Assembly: GCA_030265395.1 (NCBI GenBank)
Contig: JARFYF010000094.1
Span: forward strand, 22,622,079 to 22,686,078
Length of the DNA: 64,000 bases
Reading direction: 5' to 3'
DNA from: Rhina ancylostomus
Lineage: Eukaryota
In this document: positions 1 through 14,464 of the stretch, one piece after another
Layout: every line of letters begins with the position of its first letter
Numbering within the stretch: position 1 is the first letter of the stretch
Program-made: the position numbers and the translations under genes
Notes under the pieces: model-generated
Told to the model about the DNA's origin: nothing
Seen by the model: only the letters and a program-made list of their open reading frames with translations
Databases searched by the model: none

Positions 1-1419
1 AAAGACACATACCATGGCTGTCACTATCAAACATCAGGCAGAGTGACTATAGTTTGGAAGAGGTGATGCTCTCTGGATGGCTTCTTTGGCAGGGCCTGTG
101 AAGGAGAGCCACAAAGCCATTCAGGAGTTATATTGTGCGGTCTTACTTTCCATTGTGCCTGAAATTAACTGTTTTGCTTTGAGAAAAATTGTAAACTTAT
201 CAGGCAAAACAGTAGCAAAAACAATTGCAGGAACATGGGTTGGAAGGTAGGATACTATTACTTCAAGATAAGTTCCTACCTTAGATAATTCATACTTGTG
301 TGCGTGTTTATAAACAAATGAGTGATCTGGGTGTGAAAATGCCAACTTATCTATCAAGATGGAAGTGTATGGAGCCAAATGTTTACTTGAGAAGATTTTA
401 AGCAGGTGGGCATAGAGGTATGGAGGAAGGGGTAGCAGTGATTACAATAAAAGGCTAATAAATTATGATGTGTATTTTTTAAATGAAAAAAAATTGATCT
501 GTGCACAATTAACCTTGTGGTCATTAATGGGGATAGAGTGCCATCTTGTGGTTTTGTATGATTTATATATTTACCCAGGTAAATCAATGCCTAGAAAATG
601 AATGACCCTATGCAGTTGCTTTCAAATGTAGATGCACAATCAACCAACGAAGATTTTGCCCAAGGGCTCACTGTTGCAAGATTCATAGTTCACAGGTACT
701 GAAGGAAGGTTGTCAGAGTTGAAGGCTGGTAGGGTGTTGGACCAGAATGTTGTCAGGGGTGTGTCAGGACAGGATCAGAGGGGAGATCATTGGGTTGGAA
801 TAAAGAAGTTGGGGAGAGAATGCTTGGACTATGATAAGCAGACTAGGAAGTTCAGTCAGTGTCATGAACTTAGAGGATGGAGGTTATGACTTGGTGAAAG
901 AACAAGGGAGATAAACTGGGTGTGTACATTACTGAAACGGGAGCTATTAGAGGTGGATTCCCACTGCCAGACTTCACAGGCTGGGATCTCCTCACACAGG
1001 TTCACTTTAANNNNNNNNNNNNNNNNNNNNNNNNNNNNNNNNNNNNNNNNNNNNNNNNNNNNNNNNNNNNNNNNNNNNNNNNNNNNNNNNNNNNNNNNNN
1101 NNNNNNNNNNNNNNNNNNNNNNNNNNNNNNNNNNNNNNNNNNNNNNNNNNNNNNNNNNNNNNNNNNNNNNNNNNNNNNNNNNNNNNNNNNNNNCCACTTG
1201 ATATGACCTGATTCTTCGAAGGTTAGCACTTGAGACATACAAAGGACTCAGGGGCAAAGGGAAACTCTGTGCAACCTGTCATAAATCCCTGAATTTCCTT
1301 TACATTTGATTTGAAATTGAACTACAGTGCATAAGAAAAAAAATTGAAAAAGTACTGCGAGGGCCTACCTTTGCAAGACTGACCAAGTTCATTCAATTTC
1401 CAGCTATATTCTTCTTCTT

Positions 1420-2015
1420 AGGCAGATTCTTGGGATCCAGAATGATTTGCTTCCATTCTGGTTCTGAGGTGATGGATGAAGACAATGTGGGAACCTCAAA
1501 TATTTTCAACGCTGGGACAGGAGGTGTGTGATGAGCCACATGGCAGGCTAATTTGAGAGCTGCTGCACTCCGACAATTTATGAAAGTTCTCTGTGTGTTC
1601 CCAGTGCATGGACTCAAGGTTCTCAAGACCACCTCAAGAGCTCCTTTTGCACCTTGAGCAGTCATAGGCCACATATTCCCCAGTAACAGTGGGGATGCTG
1701 CATTTCTTAACACATCTTTGATTCTTTTCTTCTGTCCACTTGATAATCTTTTCCCATGACAGAATAGTGCATCTGTTTTGTGAGTCTGATGGGGGGAATG
1801 CACGGTCTCCCAACTGAGTGTAAATGGGGCCTCAGTGATGGGGATGTTGGCCTGGGAGATGAAACTGTTGTTGATTCCTTTATCTTTCCAATGACTTTGG
1901 AGGATTTTGTGAGAGACGGTGTTGGTGATATCTTTCCAGTGCCTTGAAGTGCCTGCTGTAGATACTCCAGACATTAGGAACGTGTAGTATAGAAGGGCAG
2001 AATCCTGCCCCAAAG
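1420..2015 (-). mobile_element. RTE-clade LINE 3' fragment, decayed
   Basis: Minus-strand peptide KILQSHWKDK..SQANIP...CHGKRLSSGQKKRIKDVL; 3' end resembles the + copy at 43150-43455. Confidence 0.7.
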
Positions 2016-2268
2016 TCCAGAAGCTTTCAAACTTTTTTCAGATGAGCAGTCTTAACCAGATGCTTCACCCATGTGACTTAATAATAATAACTAGCTATCT
2101 ATAAATTTAATGATAGGCACAACCAAACCATTGTTATTAGCCTTCAAACTACTAACATTGAATGTGTTGATCCTTACAAGCAGTGATCAGTTATAAAATC
2201 ACAAGGTGAAGAGGTGTTAACAAGCTGCTGTCTGTTGTAACAACAGCTGAGGTGTACTCAGCAGACAA

Positions 2269-2288
2269 TCTCTCTCTCTCTCTCTCTC
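2269..2288. repeat. (TC)10 microsatellite
   Basis: direct read. Confidence 0.95.
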
Positions 2289-3899
2289 TTTTCTATGCAT
2301 GGTTGACCCATGAGTAAAATTGGCATTGGCATCCTATTTTTCTTAAACATCCCATGTCCCACCCATAGGTTGCGGCCCCCACTTTGTAAACCACTGCAAT
2401 ATATCATGAGTTTTGTGCTAGATCACCTATTCTTCCATGGACCAAAAACTGTGTGTGCATTGAAGGCAATAGTGAACTGCTTCAACCTTCGCTGGAAGGT
2501 GCCTTCCAATGTCTGAGAAGTGATCCATGTTTTACAGTATTTTACCCTGAACCTTTATTGTCAGATGGCCTTGTTGCACCATGGTAGCAGGTTGGTAGAA
2601 GACCAGTCTTGTGGATGTTGAGTTAAAGGCCCATCCTCTTGAATGTTCAGATGGCTCGGAGCTCAGCCGTTGAGTGTGTGTAAATGCAAGCATCATAAAC
2701 CTTGACTGCAAACTGCATGTCGACTACTGAGATTTGGATGACCTTGGTTCTGGAGTGCACTTGCTGTAGGTGGAACAGTTTCCCATTTGTTCTGAAGAAT
2801 TAATTCCATTGCTGCAGGAATTTCGATGGAAGTAAGTGCAGGATTGCAGTGAGAAAGATTGGAAAATGTACTATTTGACACCAGTCTTTACTGAAATCAG
2901 CTGATGCAGTCCCACTAATTTGGACCATGGCTTCTAGGCCATCCTGAAGCAAACAGGAGATGAAGACACATTTTGGTAGCCGTCTAAGTTTGAGAAGAGT
3001 ACTTCATGATCCCTCCCAGTTGATGGAGTCAAATGTTTTAGTGGGGTGGAGAAAACCTCTTCAGCTGCCTCCTGCTAGTGGCTGAAGAGCTGCTCCCCAA
3101 ATCATAGTGTGGATTTTGTCTACCAAAATGCAGAGTGGACATGATCTTCACCAGGCAATAACTCAAAAAAAGATCCAAGGAGCAGAACTAGGCACTATAC
3201 ATGGCATTTGTCGACTTCATCCTGTCCAACAAAAAATAACTACATTGAATATTGGCAAAGGAAAGAGATGTATTTGCATATTTTGTATTGCCCTTTGTTT
3301 TTTTCAGATTTAATTGTGACTCCTTCTGTAGAATTAATCTGATTTTTGTAAAGTCTATTTATAACCAACTGCAAGATTACATATATTGACTGCTACAATT
3401 GACCTCCCGTACATACTTAATGCCATACTTAATCATACCTACCATTTGTTTGTAATTAGGCAAATTTAATTCACATGATCGATTCTCAGCAATGATCCAC
3501 AACCGCCATCCAACTTCTGCTTTTTCTGTACTTGTACCAGAGAACAATTTCCAGCTCTGAGTAAAATTTGAAATTCATACATCTTACTCTGTTCTTTGTC
3601 TTGCTACTTTGTTCTGCAACTCAGTAGTTTAACTTCATGGAATTTTTAAAGAGAAACTTGGTAATATGCAACTTTCTTGCTCATATCATCGTCAGGGCCT
3701 CTGCTATTGTTATAGTGTACAGCCATTTTTCCCTTTTTTGTGTGGAGCTTGAGGAATGGTTGGAATATGGCAACAGGGTTGAGCCACAGTCTGGTTCGGG
3801 CTAAGACCAGTAACCATTGAGCAAGGTGGAGTTGGTGGTGCTGATATCTTTTCCAGAAATAGACAAAGTACTCTGGCTCAGACCTGATTAGTAAAGGGT

Positions 3900-4260
3900 A
3901 CTAAACATTTAACTTTAGAAAGTTAAAGCTCTTCCACTACTGGATGCCTGCCAAGCAGTTGAAGAGCACAGAGGTGGAGGAGAGTTTGAGAGAGGCGATG
4001 GAAGGGTAAAGCTGGTAAGGAGGTAGTGAAAATTTGAAATGGACTCCATTTCTATGAATTATGATGTGAAGAGCCACATGTACTGGAAAAGCAGGTGGAT
4101 TCATGGAGCCATCCAAGGTGGTGGTGTGGCAACAGAAAGAGTCAAATATATTCCAGCTACAGGGAGAAGGGTAAAAATGGAACATCAAAATTAATGCATG
4201 ATGCTGGACAATGGAAGAAAGACAGTGAAAGGACCATCACATAGGCCTCTGCAGGAAGAT
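3900..4260 (-). mobile_element. Possible L2-like LINE 3' fragment
   Basis: Purine-rich sequence resembling the reverse complement of an L2 3' region; highly decayed. Confidence 0.35.
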
Positions 4261-4651
4261 GCTATGCAGCAATTATTGGATTTGATTTTTAAATTAATAT
4301 GCCCAGAGGAAGTTTTGGCTCATTCAGACCTCTAAGTTGATAATATAGTAGGCAGTAGTCATGTGGACAATTGAGCAAATGACATGATAAATGATTGANN
4401 NNNNNNNNNNNNNNNNNNNNNNNNNNNTGGAGGACACCACACGGGCATGAAAGAGTGTGAAGTAAATGAAGGTAATTGTTTGGAGCGGCAGAGACAATTT
4501 TTGGGTGCAACCAGAGGAACCAACCATATTTGTATTGGCAATTTAAGGATAGTACACTAGAAGCTAGTCAGTGCAGAATATTTGTTGTGAGGAATTTGGA
4601 GCTGCTCCTGATTCTCCTAAAAGACTTTCAGTAATAAGGGAAAATCAAATA

Positions 4652-4767
4652 AGCTGCAGATGCTGAAAATCTGAAACAAAAATAGAAAATGCTGGAAACA
4701 CTCAAGAGATCAGCTCAGTAGAAAGACAAACAGATTTAATGTTTCAGGTCAGAAGCCTTCCATCAAT
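4652..4767 (-). mobile_element. Penelope-type terminal repeat with degenerate hammerhead
   Basis: gctgcagatgctgaaaatctgaaacaaa...gtttcaggtcagaagccttccatca; similar to copies at 23878, 41320 and 49795. Confidence 0.6.
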
Positions 4768-5772
4768 AGTAAGAGGTCTGTGGAAAGTACATGGAGTTTT
4801 AAACTGAACAATTGGATGTTCGTTGCACAAGAACACACTGGAGAGAGTTCCTGCTTTGGTGGCCTATTGTATATTCAACATGAGGTTGAAGATTAACAGG
4901 GCAATTCATATTCTTCACTAAAATCCAAAAAGTTGGATGTAAATGTTCACTATTGAATTCCTACCTCAGGTTTCCTGTGAGTTTCAAGCTATTCACCAAA
5001 GACCCACGATGTGTAAATGATAATTGGGAGAAGCTGTATACTGAACTCCTCAGATACCTTGAGTTCACTCCTGCAGTCAACGAGCCCAGGATCATCAAAG
5101 GATGGGTCGTGGTTGTTCCTGAGTATAACCATTTTGACATGCCTTGAAAGGGCTTAGATTTCAGGCCTTAAAACCTTAACTGGTTTTTGACATTTCCACA
5201 CTCATAGCCAGAAACGCAAATGAACTCAATCTTGAGGCCAGCCTTGAGGTTTTCCTTCCCCTTTGAAGCAGCTTTAATTTTTTTTGGCTGTAGTGCATTA
5301 CTTCCCACTACTTCTACCTATTTCTCCCATTGACAGTGAATGGTTGCCTCTTTATGTGGATTGAGGGAAGTCCCAGTTTTAAAACAACTTTTCAAATGGT
5401 TAGCCAGCCTTTAAAACTGTTTCCTCTGATGAAATTGTCGCAGTGTTCTGATCTTTCATGGCTAAGAGGTGAGAAAACAGTCTAAACCAGTTTGATAAGA
5501 ATTCACAACATTTTACAATGGGCACTGCTGTGGCCTCTAAATAATAACTTTTTTCCTTGTTGCAAGCTTCAGAAAGTTGCATATTGAGTACAGGGGCCTG
5601 TTCATCTGGTCAGGTGAAGAATATGAACTTAAATGGCAAATAATTATTAATCTTTCATTTCTTTGTCATCTAGGTAATCATTATTTTGTATCTATTGATT
5701 CCAACTCAGTGGTGGAAAAATAATGAATGAACATGAAATTTAGTGAACGTTAACCTTTTGTTTTATTTTAAG

Positions 5773-5856
5773 TATGAAGAAGGAAAAAGGAGGATAAAAC
5801 CCAGCTATAAAAGTGTTGACCTCTCTGAACTGGAATGGGAAGACAAGGATAATATT
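5773..5856 (+). CDS. CACNA2D3: CACNA2D3 coding exon (about exon 18), 84 nt, phase 0-0
   Basis: ttttaag|TAT...ATT|gtaagt; encodes YEEGKRRIKPSYKSVDLSELEWEDKDNI, matching recalled alpha2delta-3 YEEGKKRRKPNYSSVDLSEVEWEDRDDV. Confidence 0.95.
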
Positions 5857-6779
5857 GTAAGTCCCTATTTTGTCTTGATTTTTTTTAAAGCAGCATTTCA
5901 AGGATAGGTTTCTAACTTTGTGCTTACAATGCTCTTTATCCATCAGATGGATAAACATCAAATGCAAGTGCACTTTAACCTTTTAAATTAAATACATTCA
6001 AATTTCTGTATCCATTGCCAGCACATAGGATTCCTCTTTGAGAAAATGTAATCAAAATACATTGTAATCATTGTAATGTGTTTTTTTATATATATTGTTA
6101 CATCTGTCTTAGCTCCACCCACAAAAGGACAAAATAAATTAAAAACTAAGTTACTGGAAACATCTGTGGAGAAAATGGGAACAGTCACATTTGCATTGTG
6201 ATTTTTTTCCCCAAAAACAATAAATAATTGAGGGATGTACAAGCAGAAATGGGAACTTCTTTTCCAAGAAANNNNNNNNNNNNNNNNNNNNNNNNNNNNN
6301 NNNNNNNNNNNNNNNNNNNNNNNNNNNNNNNNNNNNNNNNNNNNNNNNNNNNNNNNNNNNNNNNNNNNNNNACAATAAATATTTGAGGGATGTACAAGCA
6401 GAAATGGTAACTTCTTTTCCAATAAAGGCAAACTTAAATAAATACTGAAAAAGATATGGAAAGTAATTTGGATACTACTAACCCCAACCCAGCAAAGATG
6501 CCTAAAATCGACTGTGATAAAGCTGGGTTCCATGAAAATGACCTGAAGATGTCTTAGTTTCACTGGGGATTCCTCAACCAGTGGTATGTAACACACCATG
6601 TAAGCCTTTCAGCTCTCCACCTCTCTGCATAAAATGGCTGCCACATTTCTTACAACATAAAACTTAAAAACCAGCTCACTGGTTGTTAAACATTTTGAGG
6701 TGCCTTAAAGACCCTATATATATTCCTGCCTTTATCTGTGCATTTTTTCTTTCCTATTGATTTCACTCTTCAGTAGATT

Positions 6780-7170
6780 TACACTAAGTTTAAGATTATG
6801 CCCAGTTGTTCTAGATTCAGCCAGGGGATAAAATCGTTTCCTTGCATTGTCCTTAGCCTATTGATTCCCTTTTGCATTTTGAACTATTTGATTAGATCTA
6901 CTCCAGCTCTCTAAACTCATGGAATTGAAGCCAAATTTACAAATCCAATCAACGTACTTTAACTGTTTATCCCTTCATTATTCTGGTTAATCAGCACTGA
7001 AATTCTTTCAGAGCATTCCTGCAGTGTGGTGCCCAGAGCTGAAAGTCATACTCCAGATTGAGTTTAATCAAGGTTCTGTTTAAATGAAACATCACTTTTT
7101 CAATTTTTTCATTCCACTCCTCTGCGACTAAAGTCCCACATTCTTTTAGACGTTTTGTTTCTTCTTTTTA
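6780..7170 (-). mobile_element. CR1-like LINE fragment, decayed
   Basis: Similar to the reverse complement of the CR1 RT C-terminal region (e.g. gtgtggtgcccagagctg...catactccag). Confidence 0.55.
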
Positions 7171-7329
7171 CCTGTTTATAATAACTACATTATTATAAAT
7201 TTCATAGTTCAACTTCATGATTAATTAACCAGCTATTCTACTGATCACCACAAAGCTGGCTAAGAACATTGTCTCAGTGGTAAATGTGGAGGTTCTGTGA
7301 AAATATTAATTATTTGCACTATTTCATAG

Positions 7330-7401
7330 CTGCGCAATGGTATGGTAAACCGGAAAACAGGAAAATTTTCTATGGAGGTGAAAAAGACTGTGGAAAAAGG
7401 G
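7330..7401 (+). CDS. CACNA2D3: CACNA2D3 coding exon (about exon 19), 72 nt, phase 0-0
   Basis: tttcatag|CTG...GGG|gtaaga; LRNGMVNRKTGKFSMEVKKTVEKG. Confidence 0.96.
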
Positions 7402-7829
7402 GTAAGACATTTCTTCCTCTCTGATTAAACAAAAAGAAACTTAGTACCAAATTGTTCAATCTTTTATTGAAATTCACTTATACAAAGGAGTTTCCTAATA
7501 ATTTTAGGGGAAAATTAGTGATTTGCTACAGAATGTTTAGATTCATCCAACAGTGTACCCATAAATCTTAATTGTTATTGATAATATAGGAAAAGATAAA
7601 ATGTTTTTTTTGTTTAAATTAAGATTTCTTGAAGACTTCTTGATATTATTTTTATGAATTTGGGTCAAATACTTGAATGTTAATAATACATAGTTTTGCA
7701 GATCAAGTTAAATTAGGGGAGTAATATTGAAATAACTCATCTGTAGAAAGCTGATATGGTCCAATTGGCCGCCCATTTTATGCCATACAGTTTTACAATC
7801 CATCTTCTTTAATGGAGCTAAAAGATCAT

Positions 7830-8250
7830 TAAAGGCATAGACAATATTTGGCAAAGTTTCACCAAGATGATACCAAGAATGGGAATTTAACATTAAGAGA
7901 GAGAAACTAAAGATTCCAAACTTCCACTGGGGCAGAGACACCTAAAAGGAGATTAAATTGAGCTTCTTAAAATTATGAAAAATATGGATAGGGTGTTCAG
8001 GTTGCTGAGAAGGAGTCTTCAATTTAGAATTACCACTGAAAGAATAAAGATATGTTCAGAGAAATTTACTCAGACAAAAAGTGTTGGAGCATTGAATGTC
8101 TTGCCATATGGAGTGCCTGATCTAGAGATATTTGCACCCTTAAGAAAAAGTTACAAGGATATGGATAAGTTGTGAGCACTGGTATTGGTTTTGAATTGGT
8201 TTACATGCAAGTTAACACAAGCTCAATGGGTTCTATCTTCTGTGTTTCTA
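7830..8250 (+). mobile_element. CR1-like LINE 3' fragment, decayed
   Basis: caccaagatgataccaag...ggagattaaattgag..., colinear with the CR1 copy at 26915-27672. Confidence 0.5.
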
Positions 8251-9074
8251 TCACTTAAAAACTGTGTGTACATAATGGAAATCCTGTAGCTTTCTTTAAA
8301 ATATTGATGCTACTCTTTTAAAATTTAATTTCAACATTGTTCTGTAATTGACTTCAGACCATATTGTTATAAAACCACATTTTAATTGTAACTTTGAGGG
8401 TATAATTTTAGCTTTTACATTGGTAGAAGTTCACATAATTATTTACTCAATTTACAATGTCACATTCACCATTGCTACTTTGGCATTGGGCTTTTTAAGC
8501 TGTTGCATAAAGGATTGTAGGATAAGTGTGTTTAGAACACATGGGTGATCTTTGTCTTTTAAGTATGGATTTAAGAATGGACAGAATGACAGATATATGT
8601 TCAAAGGATATGGCACAGTAGAAATTGTTGAGATTAAATATATGATTTAGAGCACCATGTGTTAGGACAAAACAGGATATACAGAAGAATGTTAATCACT
8701 TTGTTCTTTTGAAATATTTGNNNNNNNNNNNNNNNNNNNNNNNNNNNNNNNNNNNNNNNNNNNNNNNNNNNNNNNNNNNNNNNNNNNNNNNNNNNNNNNN
8801 NNNNNNNNNNNNNNNNNNNNTTGTTCGAGTTTCAAACTCTGCTCAGGATTTATTACATGGTACCATCAATGACTTAGATATTTTTACAGATGGTATAACA
8901 TAATTTTAGAAGTGATAGGTCTAGTGAAGTTTCAAGGATATTTGTAGCAAAGGTGACAAGAAATCTTCTATAGTGGTGACATGATTTACATATATTGAAG
9001 CAATACACTGAGGCTTGTACAATCTCCGATAATTTGTCTGCCTGTTACTACTCCTGCTTTATTTTTCATGTTAG

Positions 9075-9136
9075 AAACGAGTCTTTGTGATGACAAATGA
9101 TTACTATTACACAGACATCAAAGGTACTCCTTTCAG
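9075..9136 (+). CDS. CACNA2D3: CACNA2D3 coding exon (about exon 20), 62 nt, phase 0-2
   Basis: gttag|AAA...TTC AG|gtaagt; KRVFVMTNDYYYTDIKGTPF(S). Confidence 0.96.
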
Positions 9137-9230
9137 GTAAGTTTAATAATTTTTCTACTTAGCTTTTTTTGAATTGAAGTAAAAAGTTTTCGATGCCAGC
9201 ATATAATTATCTCCAATCTCCTGTGTATAG

Positions 9231-9298
9231 TCTAGGTGTGGCTTTATCTCGAGGGCATGGGAAGTACTTCCTACAGGGAAATGTAACTCTGGAAGAAG
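9231..9298 (+). CDS. CACNA2D3: CACNA2D3 coding exon (about exon 21), 68 nt, phase 2-1
   Basis: tatag|T CTA...GAA G|gtatga; (S)LGVALSRGHGKYFLQGNVTLEE(G); preceded by a 94-nt intron. Confidence 0.96.
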
Positions 9299-9869
9299 GT
9301 ATGATTAAAGCAATAATATAATACTGAAAAGGTAAGCGGAGAGTGGTAAGCAGAAAAATCCAGTTTAAAAAAAAAGCAGTAAATGCAAGTTTAAAAATGA
9401 TGCAGAAGTTTAGAGGTATTACTTTAATTTTCTGTTTATGTGCAATTCTTTAAAATAGACTTAGCAGATGGGTTGAACATCCATTGGTTCAGGGAATGGC
9501 AAGTAGCAGATCAGGAACTCTTATATTCCATCTGATTTTTCTTTCCAACAAAATGAATGAAAGGGAAAATTAGCCAGGGTGTAAACAAGCTGCTGAACGA
9601 CTAACACCTGCTTTTTGCCACCATGGAAAATTAAAATCAACTGTTTATTTTAATAATTTTGGACTGTCCAGCTTCAGAACAATCAAGCGATATTCGTGTA
9701 GTTGTGGAATCAGTCACAAACTCTCCAAAAAATATCAATTAAGGAAATAGCAGATCCTGTTATATCTCTAACATTATTTGTAATAATAATTAGCTGTTGT
9801 TAAATATTATCACAGTTCTCACTAATAATGTAAAAGCACATGACATCCAAATGGTTGTGAATGTACATC

Positions 9870-10030
9870 ATAAACAGGAATAGGTCATTTGGCCCCTTAT
9901 GCCTGCTCCACAACTCAATAAAATAATGACAGATCTTTTACTCCAACACCACATTTTTTGCACTAGCCACACATTTCTTTATTCCTTAATATCCAAATAT
10001 CTTTTGATATCTGTCTTGAATATGCTCAGT
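9870..10030 (-). mobile_element. CR1-like 3' tail
   Basis: caggaataggtcatttggcccc...cctgctcc, the reverse of the tail seen at 48300-48370. Confidence 0.55.
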
Positions 10031-11034
10031 TATTAAGACTATGCTCAATTTTATAGATCCACAGGTGCAGAAATTNNNNNNNNNNNNNNNNNNNNNNNNN
10101 NNNNNNNNNNNNNNNNNNNNNNNNNNNNNNNNNNNNNNNNNNNNNNNNNNNNNNNNNNNNNNNNNNNNNNNNNNNATTTCTTGTGAGTATATTTATGTCA
10201 ACAGGTTTTAATTACTATTTCTTTTGAAAGAAGGGCCATTAACTGAATCTAAGATTAAAAGCATGTCTATGTAAAAATAAGTCAACAAAGATTAAAAAAA
10301 GGTGAAATTTCAGTGTTGACGCTTTTGAATATTTCACCCTCTCTGAGCAGTCTTTAATAACAGTCATTTCCAAGCCAGATACAGGTTGAAGCTATTATTT
10401 ATTTCACATTCTGAGGATGGGAGCTCAGGCATCACCTCTTGGATTCTGTATCAGCTCAGACTAGATGCAGCCTTCTGAGATCCTATCGATTTTAATGGAG
10501 ATTGTAGAATAAAAACATTGGAGGCAAGAGTAAATTAATTTTAAAAAATTGCTTCTCTTTATTTATAAGTGATTTTGGTTAACTATTATCTATTATTTAT
10601 ATTTCAAAAATATAAAAAAAATTCTGAGTATCAAAAATGTCTTAGGCTTTGACAGCTTTTACAGCTGACAAAGCTTTGCAAGCTATCAAAGGCATTTCAG
10701 AATTAGGGCCTTCTGCTGCTGTTCGAACTATAATGCCAGATTCCTGGATGTGGAAGACCTGCAAGGTAGGCACTCCACCTCCAGACAAGTTCTGTGCCTG
10801 CAAGATGATCATCAAGATGGCCCATTATTGCATATTTACCTGTGTTGAATTTTGTTTGCCAATTATCTTCATTATGCAAGCTTATTAGGGTCAATCTATA
10901 ATTTGTTGCAGCAATCCTCAGTGTTGCCTATCCCTCCCAATTCAGTGTTGCAAGTTTAAGAATTATGTTTCTAATGTGTGATGGTGAATAAGGACCCCCT
11001 AAAGAATTACAGAGCATCATGACTGCTCAGGCTT

Positions 11035-11625
11035 TCAGATATTAGAGCAGGAATTGGCCATTCACTCCCGAGTCTGTTTGCCCTTCACAACTGATCTGTT
11101 TCGTAACTTCATTTGCTCCCTTTGTTCTTTAATATCTTTGCCTAACAAAAGTCTATCAATCTCACTTTTGTTATGTTCAATTGACCTAGCCTCAAATCCT
11201 TTGAGGATTGAATTATCACTCCCTATCATATGAAGAATACTTTATACAACACTCTTGAATTGCCTTGTTTTAATTTTAAAGCCATGTCCTCCAGCTACAT
11301 GATCTACCATCACAGGAAACAGTTTCCTTCTATTAACTATTGCATCCTTTAATTATCTTAAACAGCACAGTAGTATCACCCCTTATTCTTAAATTCAAGG
11401 GAATGCAAGCTTAGTCTACCCTCATAATTAACCTTTTAGCCTTGATGTAATTTGTTAAATTCACACCACAACTCCACTAAGGCCAATATATCCTTGTAGA
11501 GACACAAAACTCTGGATGGGGTCTATTCAGAACTGTAACATGAACTCTACACATTTGGAATCCAACATCTATGAAATAAAGGCCAACAATTCATTACCCT
11601 TTTATGCTATCTTTTGTGTCTGTAC
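11035..11625 (-). mobile_element. CR1-like LINE 3' fragment
   Basis: gagcaggaattggccattca... tail followed by a decayed RT C-terminus (aataaaggccaacaattcatta). Confidence 0.6.
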
Positions 11626-12554
11626 ATGAATAAATTATTGCTCAGTCATTAAGGTACTGGGCTGCCCTTTCTTTCCAGAAGAGAAGGCACCACCTTCTGT
11701 GAGGTGCAGGAGTCAGTTGAGTATATACCGGACAGTCAAACCAATGTGGAATTTTCCTAGAGTCCCCCTTGGCTTCCGAACAACTGGACTCAGAGGATTT
11801 TCACTGGAAATTTATAAGTGCAAAGAAAGGGAATNNNNAAGAAGAAAATGAATCAGTAGATAACTGAAACAAAGGCCTAACTATAAGAGGAACATTTAGA
11901 ATGTAACAGAATGGACTTGTAAAGGATTTAACCTCACTCACCTGAACCTTTATGTGTCTTGAGAGACCCTCCTCCATGAAAGGTCCATCCTGATAGCTCC
12001 ATTGCCTTCCATTTGCTCAAGGTTTCCCATGTATGCTCTGGAGCAGGCATACAGTCTGGCAGGCATCTACAAATTAGAGCAATCGCTTTCCGACAACCTA
12101 ATGGAAATTCCTGCACAATTTAGACTTTGACTTCCAATATCTCAGGATTCAGCTTGAAATTGGAATGGTCTCAGTTGTGCACAGCAATCTGTTAGATCAA
12201 ATTGCCTGGTATGGTTGAGTTACTTCTTAAAGCAGCTGCAGATGAAATGTACCAGAAACTAACATCAGCACCATTGCATTTGGAATAAAACTTCACCGAT
12301 TTCACGTAACCAGCATATTTCCACAAAATTCATGTTAAAAATAGAAGTCTGGTGCTAATTAATATTGAAAGCTAATTCCAGGAAAAGGAAATCATGTAAA
12401 TATTAGTTTAGCACCATTAGCATTCATAATAGCATACAAGCATGAAAGACAGAGAAATTTTTACAGTCATTCACGGAAAATAGTTGATGGTATACTGCAT
12501 GGATCTTGATGAATGATGATAACTGTTTAACCTATTTACTTTGTCTTAATTTAG

Positions 12555-12600
12555 GTTTGCATGACCTGGATCACCCAGATTTATCACTGATGGAGGAATG
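12555..12600 (+). CDS. CACNA2D3: CACNA2D3 coding exon (about exon 22), 46 nt, phase 1-2
   Basis: tttag|GT TTG...GAA TG|gtaaga; (G)LHDLDHPDLSLMEE(W). Confidence 0.95.
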
Positions 12601-14464
12601 GTAAGAGATCCTGTGCTCTAAATTGCTATGGCAGGGTACATAGCATCTGCCAATAGTTAGGCTTGCAATTAAGTGTTTAAGTTCCTCAAAGTTTTATGTG
12701 ACATGTTACTTAAAGTACAAACTGATAACATCACATTAAGGAAAAGAGGGCTTTGTATCTCTGTAATCAATCACATTGAAGAATCATATCAAAATACTAC
12801 AGGGATTATTGTAGGTGACTTCAATGTCAAATCAGATATTGAGGTAGAAATAAGGGAAGGAAAAAATAAAGAGATTGAATCCATACTTAAATGCTTTTAA
12901 TGTGCATATTATGCATAAAAACAATTTTATGCGGTTAGGTCTTGCAGATATCACCTACAGTCATTTGCAGGTGAAATTGGCCCAAGAAATTCCATGCATT
13001 ATTCATCTTAGGTGGTGTTTTTCTACTGCCAGTCACATACCCCACAACCCCATTCAATACCAGCCATCCATCCTCTCCTCTACCTTCTGCATCAGGACTT
13101 GTCGTCATATTGTGTAAAGCTAGGCCCTTTCCCTGCAACCTCTTCCCTCCATGACAACCATGCTATGTTTCACTGGTGTCTGTCTGCCTTGGGGAGTGTG
13201 TCTTCAAGGGCTGATGCTATAATGTCATTGGTCACCACAAAATGTCTGCAGCTGCACTGAATCAAGTGTGATCCCCATCAGGAAATGCACAGGTTACATT
13301 TAAACATTTGGTTTTGAATTAAAACCATTCTAACACCATCTTAAACATCAGGAATATTTGCTATGGATCCAATTCTGCATTAGCATATCATGCAATAAAT
13401 GTTTAGCACAGCAAAGAAGAGTGTAATTAATTTTCTAGGCTTCTGTTTCTACATTATTAATGGACTAGTTGGTGACTTTATGAATGAATTCAGTTGGGAT
13501 AACAGTGAAGATGATTAACACTTACTACCAGAGAAGTATGTATTGATAATGGTCCTGACTATTAACATATGCATCTAGTCTGTTCAGTTGGTGGAGAAAT
13601 AATAAGCAGACTATCTGATGGCACTTCTTGCTTTTGGCTAGGTTGCAGAAAAAAGTTGGAAAACAGAAAGTTGTAGTAGATGTCAAAACAAATGCTGATT
13701 TTGATTTGGGACCAAGATGTGAGAAATGCACTAAAAGCAGACTCCCAACATCTCAGCTGTTCAAAGAAAAATGGATTCATTGAAAATATTACAAGAAAGG
13801 ACTGCAGTTATGCTTTATCTATACCATAGACCAACTGAACATTGAAGGAAGATTAAATAAATGCTTCATAGCTTTAGCCTGGGATATTATTGATCTAGCA
13901 TTACAGATCTAAAACATACAATGATAATTGTCATTATTTCTTGTGCAACACATCAGTAAAGAGGGATTAATTATTTTTCCAGTGACTCATCATCTCAGCC
14001 ACCAGTCCTGTGAATGAATGACTTCAGTTGATTATGACACTCGCGTATCCCCAGAGCTTTCTTTGCACTTTTAACCTGGAAGAATAGAAATTGATTTCAG
14101 CACAGCACCTAGTAAAAGGGACTTGACCTGTATGAAGAGGCCAAGGAGTTGTGCATCTTTTTAATCAATCAGTTTGAAGAATCCTTCTGTCAGTTAGAAA
14201 ACTGAATGTCAAATCTGTGATGGAAACCAAAATAAAGAAGGAGAAGAAAAGATCAGAAAAAGGGAGAGGGAGAGAGAAAAGAAACAGAATGTGGAAGTTC
14301 ACTTTTTTTACACTCTCTAATAATAATTCAAAGAAATGAAGCTACACAAGTGTTTCCTTTAGTTTTCAGTGCTGGAGAAGTTGTTTGCAATGATTACAAT
14401 CTATGCTGTAAACAACCTCTATGCAATGGAATAGACAAGATTGACATTTTCTGTTGATTGTCAT

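Noticed and set aside
6217-6422. ~50-bp direct repeat either side of a 100-N gap
   Set aside because: Two near-identical copies abutting a round-sized gap; most likely an allelic overlap or assembly artefact.
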